Origin: Myxococcales bacterium
GTDB lineage: Bacteria > Myxococcota > UBA727 > GCA-2721815
Length of the DNA stretch: 50,474 nt
Direction of reading: 5' to 3'
Assembly: GCA_002721815.1 (NCBI GenBank)
Contig: PBLQ01000013.1
Location: 1 to 50,474, forward strand
The number at the start of each line of letters is the position of its first letter. Position 1 is the first letter of the stretch. The notes beneath the pieces are model-generated. The model had not been told where the DNA came from. It worked only from the letters and a program-made list of their open reading frames with translations, and did not search any database. Positions 43,869-50,474 of the stretch are shown here, piece after piece. The translations under genes and the position numbers were made by a program.

Positions 43869-44780
43869 TTAGGGAAGCGGTTCGCCTTGAGCGGCCACCA
43901 AAATCGCATTCCACTGGGTGCGCGACAGTGTCACGTCTAAGGCGCCAGCACCTTCTTGAATACGCTCGGGCCTTTGAGTGCCTAAAATAGGAATGGGTTT
44001 GGCAGGATGTTGCAACACCCAGGCCAAAGCCAATTGGGTGCGGGTTTTACCTTGTTCTTCAGCGATTTGGTCCAAAACCTTTAAGAGATTTATAAGGCGG
44101 TTTTTATCGGGACCATCCGCCAAATCCCCCGTCGTTTGCGCTAAACGACCCCCACCTAGGGGACTCCAGGCCAGTGGCGTGACGCTGAGCTCGAGGCATT
44201 GATCCAATATTCCGTCGCGTAGGGGCTCGTGCGCCCAACAGGAGAATTCCGGTTGGTGACTGGCAATGGGAAAGGACAAATGGGCTTGTAGGGCGCGAAA
44301 CTGTGAGGGGGTGTAGTTGGACACACCCACTTCTTTGATTTTGCCGCGGTTGCGCAGCTTGGTGAGCGTGGCGGCGATTTCTTCGGGGTGTCCTAAAAAG
44401 TCGGGCCGGTGGATTTGCCAAAGGTCGATGACATCCACGCCCAAGCGTTTCAAAGAGTTATCCACCGCTTGCTCAATATAGGCGCCACTGGAATCGTAGG
44501 GCACACCCAATACAATGCCGCCCTTGGTGCCCAAAACCATTTGGTCACGCAGGTGCGGCGCTTCTTGTAGAACCTTACCAAAGAGCAACTCGGCATCACC
44601 AAACTGGCCGCCCCCGTCCACCCCATAAATATCAGCGTGGTCCATAAGGTTGATACCCATTTCTAAGGCGGTTTCTACTTTTGTTCGTGCGGTTTTAACG
44701 TCAGTGCCACCAAAGCGCCAAAACCCGTAAGCGATGGGAGAGACTTGGAGTCTAGATTTACCTAAGTTATGTTTTTTCAT
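43869..44780 (-). CDS. Aldo/keto reductase (AKR) family NADP-dependent oxidoreductase
   Basis: MKKHNLGKSRLQVSPIAYGFWRFGG...INLMDHADIYG... shows the AKR catalytic tetrad context. Start trimmed to ATG 44780. The track ORF begins at 44873 with a non-conserved extension. Confidence 0.85.
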   Translation of the reverse strand: MKKHNLGKSRLQVSPIAYGFWRFGGTDVKTARTKVETALEMGINLMDHADIYGVDGGGQFGDAELLFGKVLQEAPHLRDQMVLGTKGGIVLGVPYDSSGAYIEQAVDNSLKRLGVDVIDLWQIHRPDFLGHPEEIAATLTKLRNRGKIKEVGVSNYTPSQFRALQAHLSFPIASHQPEFSCWAHEPLRDGILDQCLELSVTPLAWSPLGGGRLAQTTGDLADGPDKNRLINLLKVLDQIAEEQGKTRTQLALAWVLQHPAKPIPILGTQRPERIQEGAGALDVTLSRTQWNAILVAAQGEPLP

Positions 44781-44799
44781 TAGGAGCCTTTCCGGGGGG

Positions 44800-46644
44800 C
44801 TAGGGGATTTCTCGCACGCAGAATGCTTCGGCGGTGCCGTAACTTCCAGTAGAACTTTGTTCCCGAAGCTCAACGCGCATTTCGGACAACACCAGTTTCC
44901 ACTTGCGACGTGGTTCGTTGTAGCCGCTGAGCGGGTCAGAACTGCGATTCATCCAATAGATGCCGCCCGTAATCTCATCGGTAAAATTCAAGTAGGGCGG
45001 TTGGGAACGGCTGTAATCGGCCAGCGAGAATAACTCGGCATAAGTCGCCAACCGCCAGTTGCCGGTGCCGTAAGACAAGTCTTCGCAGTGGTCTTCTTGA
45101 TCGTCAAAAGGCTGACCAAACGTGTATCGATCTTCGTAGCGTTTCCATTCAAGCCCGGTGAGCGAATCTTCAAAGTGATTTCTTAGACAGTAGGTGTTGT
45201 TGTCGAAGAAGCTGTCGCTGCAGCTGGTTTCTAGGTGGGTTGTGATGCACCGAGGCGTGCTTTGAATCAAGTCCGCTTCTGGGGTTTTGCGTGCGCACCG
45301 AACGGCGCCACGGTCTGTGTATTCAACCACTCCTGTGGCCAAGCTGACGCTCCATCGTGGATTGACGGTGTAATTGAAGGTTTCTGGAACCACGGAGCCA
45401 CTGAGCAATTTGACGGTGCGACCCAAATCGTCGGGCAAAACACGACTGCTTGGGAAGCTGCTGCTTCTAAAAATTCCCTCATCGTTGGTCACCCCACGGT
45501 CGTCGATCATGGTGGCCAAGATTTCCATGGGAATCAGTTCCCAATCGTCATAGCCGGCGAGGGTTAAATCGGCACAATAATCATCCGCTTCCGCATCGTC
45601 CATTTGGTCCAAGTCCCCCTCGTGGCACCAGGAACCGGTTTTGCCCACCATGCACTTTTGGATCATGTAGCCAGTCACCGAATCGATCACGACCCCTGGT
45701 TCGCCGGGGTCGGTGTCCAACATACTGTACCGGGAGCTCGAAGGGTCGTCGAAATAAAAGGCGTAAGAGGGCCGACTGCAATCGCCACCATTACCGTTGT
45801 TAGAATTGCCTTCTTCCTCGCAACCCGTTCCTGCTTCGTTGACAACGTAACCCTCGTCGCAATAGCATCCCCCTTCGCCACCAACCTCGGCGTAGGATGA
45901 GTTGGGCGGACAGCTCACATCTTCACATTGACTTTGGTTCAGGGTGCAGTCGCTGTTACAGGTGAGGGTGCCTGTATCAAATCCCAAGGAGGTACAGCTT
46001 TGGTTGTTCAAGTTACTGCCATCACATGCCTCGCCATTGTCGATTTGGCCGTTGCCACAGGTGTCACAAGGGCCACAATCCAAGGTACCACCACAATTAT
46101 CGCTGGCCGTGCCACAGTCGAGGCCTAAGCTCTCGCAGGTGTCCGGCACGCAGGCGTCTGCAACGCACACCGGAGGGGAGGCACCCTCGTTGCAGCTGAA
46201 ACCGGCTGCGCAAGCACCACAGTCCAAAACGTTTCCACATCCGTCAGAGATGCTGCCGCACTCCGCTCCTGCTTGAATGCAAGTGGTGGGGGTGCATTCG
46301 CCTTCACCGCATTGGTTTGGCCCCGCAGCGCCACACGTGAGACCGGATTCGCAAGTTCCACATTCGAGGGTGTTGCCACACCCATCGGGAATATTTCCGC
46401 ATTCGGCATCCTGGTCGTCACAGGAGGTGGGGACACAAGGATCGTCTTCAAGGCTGACGCAGTTGTAGTTGCTGGCATCGCTGGGGTTGGCCCAGGTATA
46501 GCCCTCTTTACAGTTGCTTTCGCCATTTTCAGCGTTATAGACGCAGTGCTCGGCCGTTTCGCAGGGGTGCTCGTTGGTGGGCGGCTGGGGCACCAAACAT
46601 CCCGCCACTATTGTAAGTATCCAGATTGTATAGTATTTTTTCAT
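44800..46644 (-). CDS. Lipoprotein with tandem Cys-rich repeats (myxobacterial-type CxxCGxxxDGCGxxLDCGxC repeats) and two C-terminal DUF1566 (Lcl-C-terminal-like) domains
   Basis: Lipobox MKKYYTIWILTIVAGC. Four or more repeats such as CDDQDAECGNIPDGCGNTLECGTC and CIQAGAECGSISDGCGNVLDCGAC. DUF1566-like DDWELIPMEILATMID and GNWRLATYAELFSLADYS. Confidence 0.7.
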   Translation of the reverse strand: MKKYYTIWILTIVAGCLVPQPPTNEHPCETAEHCVYNAENGESNCKEGYTWANPSDASNYNCVSLEDDPCVPTSCDDQDAECGNIPDGCGNTLECGTCESGLTCGAAGPNQCGEGECTPTTCIQAGAECGSISDGCGNVLDCGACAAGFSCNEGASPPVCVADACVPDTCESLGLDCGTASDNCGGTLDCGPCDTCGNGQIDNGEACDGSNLNNQSCTSLGFDTGTLTCNSDCTLNQSQCEDVSCPPNSSYAEVGGEGGCYCDEGYVVNEAGTGCEEEGNSNNGNGGDCSRPSYAFYFDDPSSSRYSMLDTDPGEPGVVIDSVTGYMIQKCMVGKTGSWCHEGDLDQMDDAEADDYCADLTLAGYDDWELIPMEILATMIDDRGVTNDEGIFRSSSFPSSRVLPDDLGRTVKLLSGSVVPETFNYTVNPRWSVSLATGVVEYTDRGAVRCARKTPEADLIQSTPRCITTHLETSCSDSFFDNNTYCLRNHFEDSLTGLEWKRYEDRYTFGQPFDDQEDHCEDLSYGTGNWRLATYAELFSLADYSRSQPPYLNFTDEITGGIYWMNRSSDPLSGYNEPRRKWKLVLSEMRVELREQSSTGSYGTAEAFCVREIP

Positions 46645-46767
46645 TTTGTATCCCAAAAACTTCGAAAAGACATCCTATATATGCACCATTGATGGGGTTT
46701 GGTCATCAGATAACCCAGGTGATGTGAAAGGTGTCATCTTCTGTGAAGAGTGATACATTCTGTCACC

Positions 46768-47307
46768 ATGAGCCATGAAGTTATCAAAGCACTGCACATT
46801 ATTGGGTTTACCTGTTGGTTTGCTGGGCTTTTCTATGTGGTGCGCTTGTATATTTATCATGTTGAGGCTTTGAGCGAAGGGACCGACACATCATCAGCGC
46901 TCTCGGCGCAATTGGCGGTGATGCAGCGAAGGCTGTGGCTCGGCATCACTTGGCCAGCCATGGTGTTCACCTTGGTGTTTGGCGGTTGGTTGTTGGTCTC
47001 TTACATCCAGCTGCACGGGGAAATGCATGGTTGGCTGCACCTCAAGCTGACCTTGGTACTGTTTTTGGTCGGGTATCATTTGCTCCTGGGTCGCATCCGT
47101 AAGGCATTGCTCAACAACGCGTGTAGATGGTCGCCCAAATCACTTCGCATTCTCAATGAAGTCGCCACGGTCTTTTTGGTTTTTATCGTATTTGTAGGGG
47201 TGCTTAAAAACACGTTCACCTTGCAGATGGCTTTGATGGTGGGTGGCGTATTGGGGGCTGTTTTGATCTTGGGGTTTTGGGCCTATCACCGGCGAACCGC
47301 GGGCTGA
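46768..47307 (+). CDS. hemJ: Protoporphyrinogen IX oxidase HemJ (UPF0093/TIGR00701 family)
   Basis: KALHIIGFTCWFAGLFYVVRLYIYHVEA and WLHLKLTLVLFLVGYH match the conserved HemJ N-terminus (FHIIxxxxWFAGLFYLxRLFxYH) and the second-helix HxxK motif. 4-5 TM helices. Confidence 0.75.
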   Translation: MSHEVIKALHIIGFTCWFAGLFYVVRLYIYHVEALSEGTDTSSALSAQLAVMQRRLWLGITWPAMVFTLVFGGWLLVSYIQLHGEMHGWLHLKLTLVLFLVGYHLLLGRIRKALLNNACRWSPKSLRILNEVATVFLVFIVFVGVLKNTFTLQMALMVGGVLGAVLILGFWAYHRRTAG

Positions 47308-47323
47308 AAAGCTTTTCGCAGAC

Positions 47324-47355
47324 AAAAAAAAACCGACCCATGAGGTCGGTTTTTA
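47324..47355. terminator. Bidirectional intrinsic terminator (8-bp GC-rich stem, 5-nt loop, flanked by an A-run and a T-run) serving hemJ (+) and tRNA-Gly (-)
   Basis: aaaaaaaaaCCGACCcatgaGGTCGGttttt. Stem 47331-47338/47344-47351. A9 upstream and T5 downstream read directly. Confidence 0.6.
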
Positions 47356-47430
<75 letters not shown>

Positions 47431-47543
47431 ACCGTGGTAAGTGAAGGGCGTTATAAAAGGACCCAGTTGGAATCGTCAACCCTTAATTCGATGAATTGAA
47501 AGGGAAAAAACGCCAATTGTTGCCAGAAGGGGAGAAAACCCGG

Positions 47544-48371
47544 CTATTTACCGTATTTTCCCAGATCCAGCATGAGTGGGGGCACAGCACCGGAATCCCC
47601 ATTGACCACCAGGACTTGGGGAAGTTTCACGCGCCCAGAGGCCAGGGCACTGACCCATTCCCGTTGAATCACCAGATTGCCACCCGCCGCCTTAAGGGCC
47701 TCTGCTTGGAGTCGTTGGGCCTCGGCTTCACCCTTGGCGCGGTTCACCAAGGCAAGGGCCTCTTGTTCTGCTCTGGCCGCTTCATACACGGCCTTTTGGG
47801 CATCTTGCTCAGCGATTTGCTTGCGCTCCACTGCGTTGGCGAACTCTTCGGAGAAGCGCAAATCCACCACAGAGGTATCCAAGACCACAATGCCGTAAGC
47901 CGTGAGCCGGCTCACCAGGGCTTCGTCAAAATCTTTTTTGAGCTTGGGACGTTGGGTGATGGCCTGCTCAGCGGTGAGCCGGGCTGCAGCGATCTTAAAG
48001 GCCTCTTGGGTTTGTGGGGTGATCACACGGCCCACCAAATTATCGAGCGTGCCTTGTTCGCGGCGAATTTTCACCACTTCAACGGGGTCGACCCGGAAGT
48101 TCACGGCAAAGGTGGCGGTGAGTTCTTGCAAGTCTTTGGATTGGCCCGAGGCTTTAATTTGATACTTCTGAACTTTCACGTCGTAGCGATGAACCCGAGC
48201 GATGAATGGCGGCTTGAAATACAAACCTTCGTTGAGGGGCTCTTCTTGAGCTTTACCCAAAACGATCATCACGCCCACTTCACCGGGCTGAATCACCACG
48301 TAGGTTTGAAAAAGTGTGACAAATACGACAAGAGCGAGAATTCCGCCGATAACCTGTTTGACTTGAACCAT
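47544..48371 (-). CDS. SPFH/band-7 (prohibitin/HflC-like) membrane protein
   Basis: N-terminal TM anchor (GILALVVFVTLF), then an SPFH core (VIQPGEVGVMIVLGK...YFKPPFIARVHRYDVKVQ) and a coiled-coil Ala/Glu-rich tail. GGAGG RBS 8 nt upstream. Confidence 0.85.
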   Translation of the reverse strand: MVQVKQVIGGILALVVFVTLFQTYVVIQPGEVGVMIVLGKAQEEPLNEGLYFKPPFIARVHRYDVKVQKYQIKASGQSKDLQELTATFAVNFRVDPVEVVKIRREQGTLDNLVGRVITPQTQEAFKIAAARLTAEQAITQRPKLKKDFDEALVSRLTAYGIVVLDTSVVDLRFSEEFANAVERKQIAEQDAQKAVYEAARAEQEALALVNRAKGEAEAQRLQAEALKAAGGNLVIQREWVSALASGRVKLPQVLVVNGDSGAVPPLMLDLGKYGK

Positions 48372-48445
48372 TTTTTCCTCCGAACGAAAAGACAGCGAAC
48401 GCTACCAAATAGCGAACGGCAAGGGAAGGGCTATCAAGATAGCAT

Positions 48446-49243
48446 TTAGCCACGCAGAATCTTGTTTAGGTTGCGATCGAGCCATGCATCGGCTTCTTCG
48501 GCACCCACAAACTGGGCCTCTGCTTCCAAAAAGGTCTTGTGGTGAACCATGCGGCGGCCAGAGGGGCTACGTTGTGCGGGATAGACGTGGTGGCACATTT
48601 CGTGGTGAACAATTCGGGCCACACACATTTCGGGAATGAAGGCTTTGTCCAAAGAGGGATGAATGGTAATGCGTTGAACCCGCGCATCGTACGAGCCGAG
48701 TTGGATACTGCGTCGACCACGTTTTTGTCGTCGAGGACGACCCCATTGGATGTCTAAATTTACTTTGCCGTTAAAGTAAATGCGACTGAGGGCTTCTTGA
48801 ATGACGTGCAGATCGTGGTGTTCGCCCTTGCCAGTGTTTAAGGGCAATGACCCCTCGTGATGCATGAGAAGGTGGCTGTGCGCTTTGATGAACGTGTCCA
48901 CCAGCTGACCGCTTGGTTTATGGCCGGTTTTAAAATATCGGCCAATGGCCACAATGACTTTTTCATCGGCCTCCATGAACATTTGATGCATGCGGAAAGT
49001 GTGTTTGTTTTTGCCCGATCCTTGGGAGAGCAACACAGATTTGTTGTCCGTCCAGACCAGTTGCGTTTTTGGGCCAAGGAATTGTTTCAGCGTATCTTGG
49101 ACCATCTTGGAATGACTGATGGTGTTCGCGGTTTTTTCTTTCGCGGCCGTGGTGCCTTTTGCGGGCGGTGGCGGATCCTTATCCTCCAACCGGGTGGTGG
49201 TGGTACCAAAAAGACTTAGTTGGGTTTCAGATGGGGGGATCAT
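48446..49243 (-). CDS. DUF45/YgjP-like (SprT/WLM-type) zinc metallopeptidase, HExxH motif
   Basis: C-terminal ARIVHHEMCHHVYPAQ...HHKTFLEAEAQF...WLDRN matches the YgjP/DUF45 HExxH...H...W signature. The N-terminal ~50 aa are low-complexity, so the true start may be internal. Confidence 0.65.
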   Translation of the reverse strand: MIPPSETQLSLFGTTTTRLEDKDPPPPAKGTTAAKEKTANTISHSKMVQDTLKQFLGPKTQLVWTDNKSVLLSQGSGKNKHTFRMHQMFMEADEKVIVAIGRYFKTGHKPSGQLVDTFIKAHSHLLMHHEGSLPLNTGKGEHHDLHVIQEALSRIYFNGKVNLDIQWGRPRRQKRGRRSIQLGSYDARVQRITIHPSLDKAFIPEMCVARIVHHEMCHHVYPAQRSPSGRRMVHHKTFLEAEAQFVGAEEADAWLDRNLNKILRG

Positions 49244-49367
49244 ATGCGCAACATACTGAAAATTATCACCTTTGCCCAGCCCCCGCGGTTACCCCTTGAA
49301 AAGAAGGGGTGGCTGTATTCAAAGGGTCCTCTCAGCACACACTTTTGAAGGATTTAGGGTCACATTT

Positions 49368-50474
49368 ATGAACGCTGCACTGTTTGACATCAACCGATGG
49401 GTGGCTGCCCAGGCCAACCCGCTTGCCCCCACCAGTGGGGATATCGTTGGGCTCATTTTTTTGGGCGCCTTCGTCGTTTTGTTCGCTTGGATGGCCTACA
49501 AGTTTCTGTCGGTCCAAAAAAAAGAGCGTTTAGAAGCACTGACCAAGATATCAAATGAGGCCGCAGCGGAAGCTGCCCGAGAACAGGCACAGGCCGAGGC
49601 AGCGCAAGCTCAACTGGGCGCGCCTGAAGCGATTCCCGTTCCTGTGGCGGAGAAAACAACTGCGCCTGAGATTCCGGCGACCCTGCTCAAAGAGACCACC
49701 GCTGAGCCCCAAAAGGAACCCGTCGCGGCCAGCGAACCGCCACCTCCAGAAACGGCCACCGCGCCTGAGCCTTCCACCACGGCCCCGGCGACACCCGTTG
49801 AAGAAGCGCCCAAGAAAAAGAGCCTTTTTGCGGCGTTGAGTTCAACGCGGGCTGGATTTGTGGGCAAGTTGTCCCAAATTTTGACGGGTAAAGGGGAGAT
49901 TGACGAAGAGACCCTCGAAGACCTCGAGGCGGCACTTTTCTCCGCAGATATCGGTGCACAAACGGCGGACCGGTTGCTGGAAGCGGTGCGTTCCAAAGTG
50001 AAAAACAAAGATTTGAGTTCTGGCGCTGCAATCACCGATGGGATTAAAAATGAAATTGTGGAAATCCTCTCGGGCGTTTCGTCGGCGCCACTCAAGGTCA
50101 ACGGCCAAGGGCCGGCTGTGGTCATGGTGGTGGGTGTGAACGGGGCAGGAAAAACCACCAGCATTGGTAAGTTGACCCACCAACTCCAAAGCACGGGTAA
50201 GAAGGTCCTGCTCGGCGCTGGAGATACCTTTAGAGCGGCTGCGGTCGAACAACTTGAAATTTGGGGGGAACGCAATGGTGTCTCTGTGATCAAGGGCAAG
50301 GAGGGTGCCGACCCTTCTTCAGTTCTTTTTGATGCAGTGGATAAAGCCAAGGAAGAGTCCGCAGATGTCGTGCTGTGTGATACAGCGGGCCGATTGCACA
50401 CCAAAACCAATCTCATGGAAGAGTTAAAAAAAGTTCATCGTGTTTTAGGCAAGGCCCATGACGGGGCGCCACAC
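49368..50474 (+). CDS. ftsY: Signal recognition particle receptor FtsY (5' partial; continues beyond the window)
   Basis: N-terminal TM anchor IVGLIFLGAFVVLFAWMAYKF. An acidic/Ala-Pro-rich A-domain follows. NG domain shows VVMVVGVNGAGKTTSIGKL (G1), VLLGAGDTFRAAA and VLCDTAGR (G3). No stop before the window end. Confidence 0.9.
   Translation, partial: MNAALFDINRWVAAQANPLAPTSGDIVGLIFLGAFVVLFAWMAYKFLSVQKKERLEALTKISNEAAAEAAREQAQAEAAQAQLGAPEAIPVPVAEKTTAPEIPATLLKETTAEPQKEPVAASEPPPPETATAPEPSTTAPATPVEEAPKKKSLFAALSSTRAGFVGKLSQILTGKGEIDEETLEDLEAALFSADIGAQTADRLLEAVRSKVKNKDLSSGAAITDGIKNEIVEILSGVSSAPLKVNGQGPAVVMVVGVNGAGKTTSIGKLTHQLQSTGKKVLLGAGDTFRAAAVEQLEIWGERNGVSVIKGKEGADPSSVLFDAVDKAKEESADVVLCDTAGRLHTKTNLMEELKKVHRVLGKAHDGAPH

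Noticed and set aside
47496-48449. 317-aa ORF on + strand
   Set aside because: Entirely antisense to the SPFH/prohibitin gene, which has a strong RBS and a conserved domain. The translation is Gly/Leu-rich and low-complexity.

Overview
This 50.5-kb window is GC-rich (~55-60%) and probably comes from a Myxococcota/Bradymonadota-like deltaproteobacterium; that assignment is tentative. It is lipoprotein-rich and lacks the GGxGxD-type repeats expected of a type I secreted protein.

The centre of the window (9.1-31.2 kb, 44% of it) holds two adjacent, co-oriented, paralogous giant lipoprotein genes.
- Giant 1 (9154..21768) encodes ~4205 aa: two carboxypeptidase-regulatory-like (CarbD) domains, ~24 tandem Ig-like repeats each carrying an LDTxxP motif, a Gly-rich linker, an FN3 domain and a ~1000-aa Cys/Trp-rich C-terminal region.
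- Giant 2 (21873..31241) encodes ~3123 aa: the same N-terminal module, a ~303-aa unit repeated 2.3 times in tandem, about nine consecutive CarbD-like domains, an FN3 domain, a His/Trp-rich beta-helix-like region and a C-terminal discoidin (F5/8-C) domain.

Downstream, on the opposite strand, are two more surface lipoproteins: a plant-type LRR protein and a BIG2 + receptor-L/LRR-like protein. In both, the lipoprotein signal peptide lies in a different reading frame from the body of the gene, so each looks frameshifted.

Genes flanking this core:
- A lipid-remodelling set: MATE efflux pump, alpha/beta-hydrolase lipoprotein, EamA transporter, SGNH lipase, PlsC acyltransferase and YhhN lysoplasmalogenase.
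- A 653-aa signal-peptide protein of unknown function and an orphan PqqB-like MBL-fold protein.
- A secreted SRPBCC protein, a WecA-like polyprenyl-phosphate sugar-1-P transferase with a long C-terminal extension, an HMA-thioredoxin fusion lipoprotein and a GH31 (YihQ-clade) glycosidase.
- A YqaA/DedA protein and an acidic lipoprotein.
- A coupled operon of aldo-keto reductase, TauD/TfdA dioxygenase, a secreted protein and an outer-membrane barrel.
- A Cys-rich-repeat/DUF1566 lipoprotein, HemJ, tRNA-Gly(GCC) with a bidirectional terminator, an SPFH/prohibitin protein, a DUF45 (YgjP-like) metalloprotease and the 5' part of ftsY.

I see no CRISPR array, transposase or integrase. All domain calls come from reading the ORF translations by eye; no HMM or BLAST searches were run.
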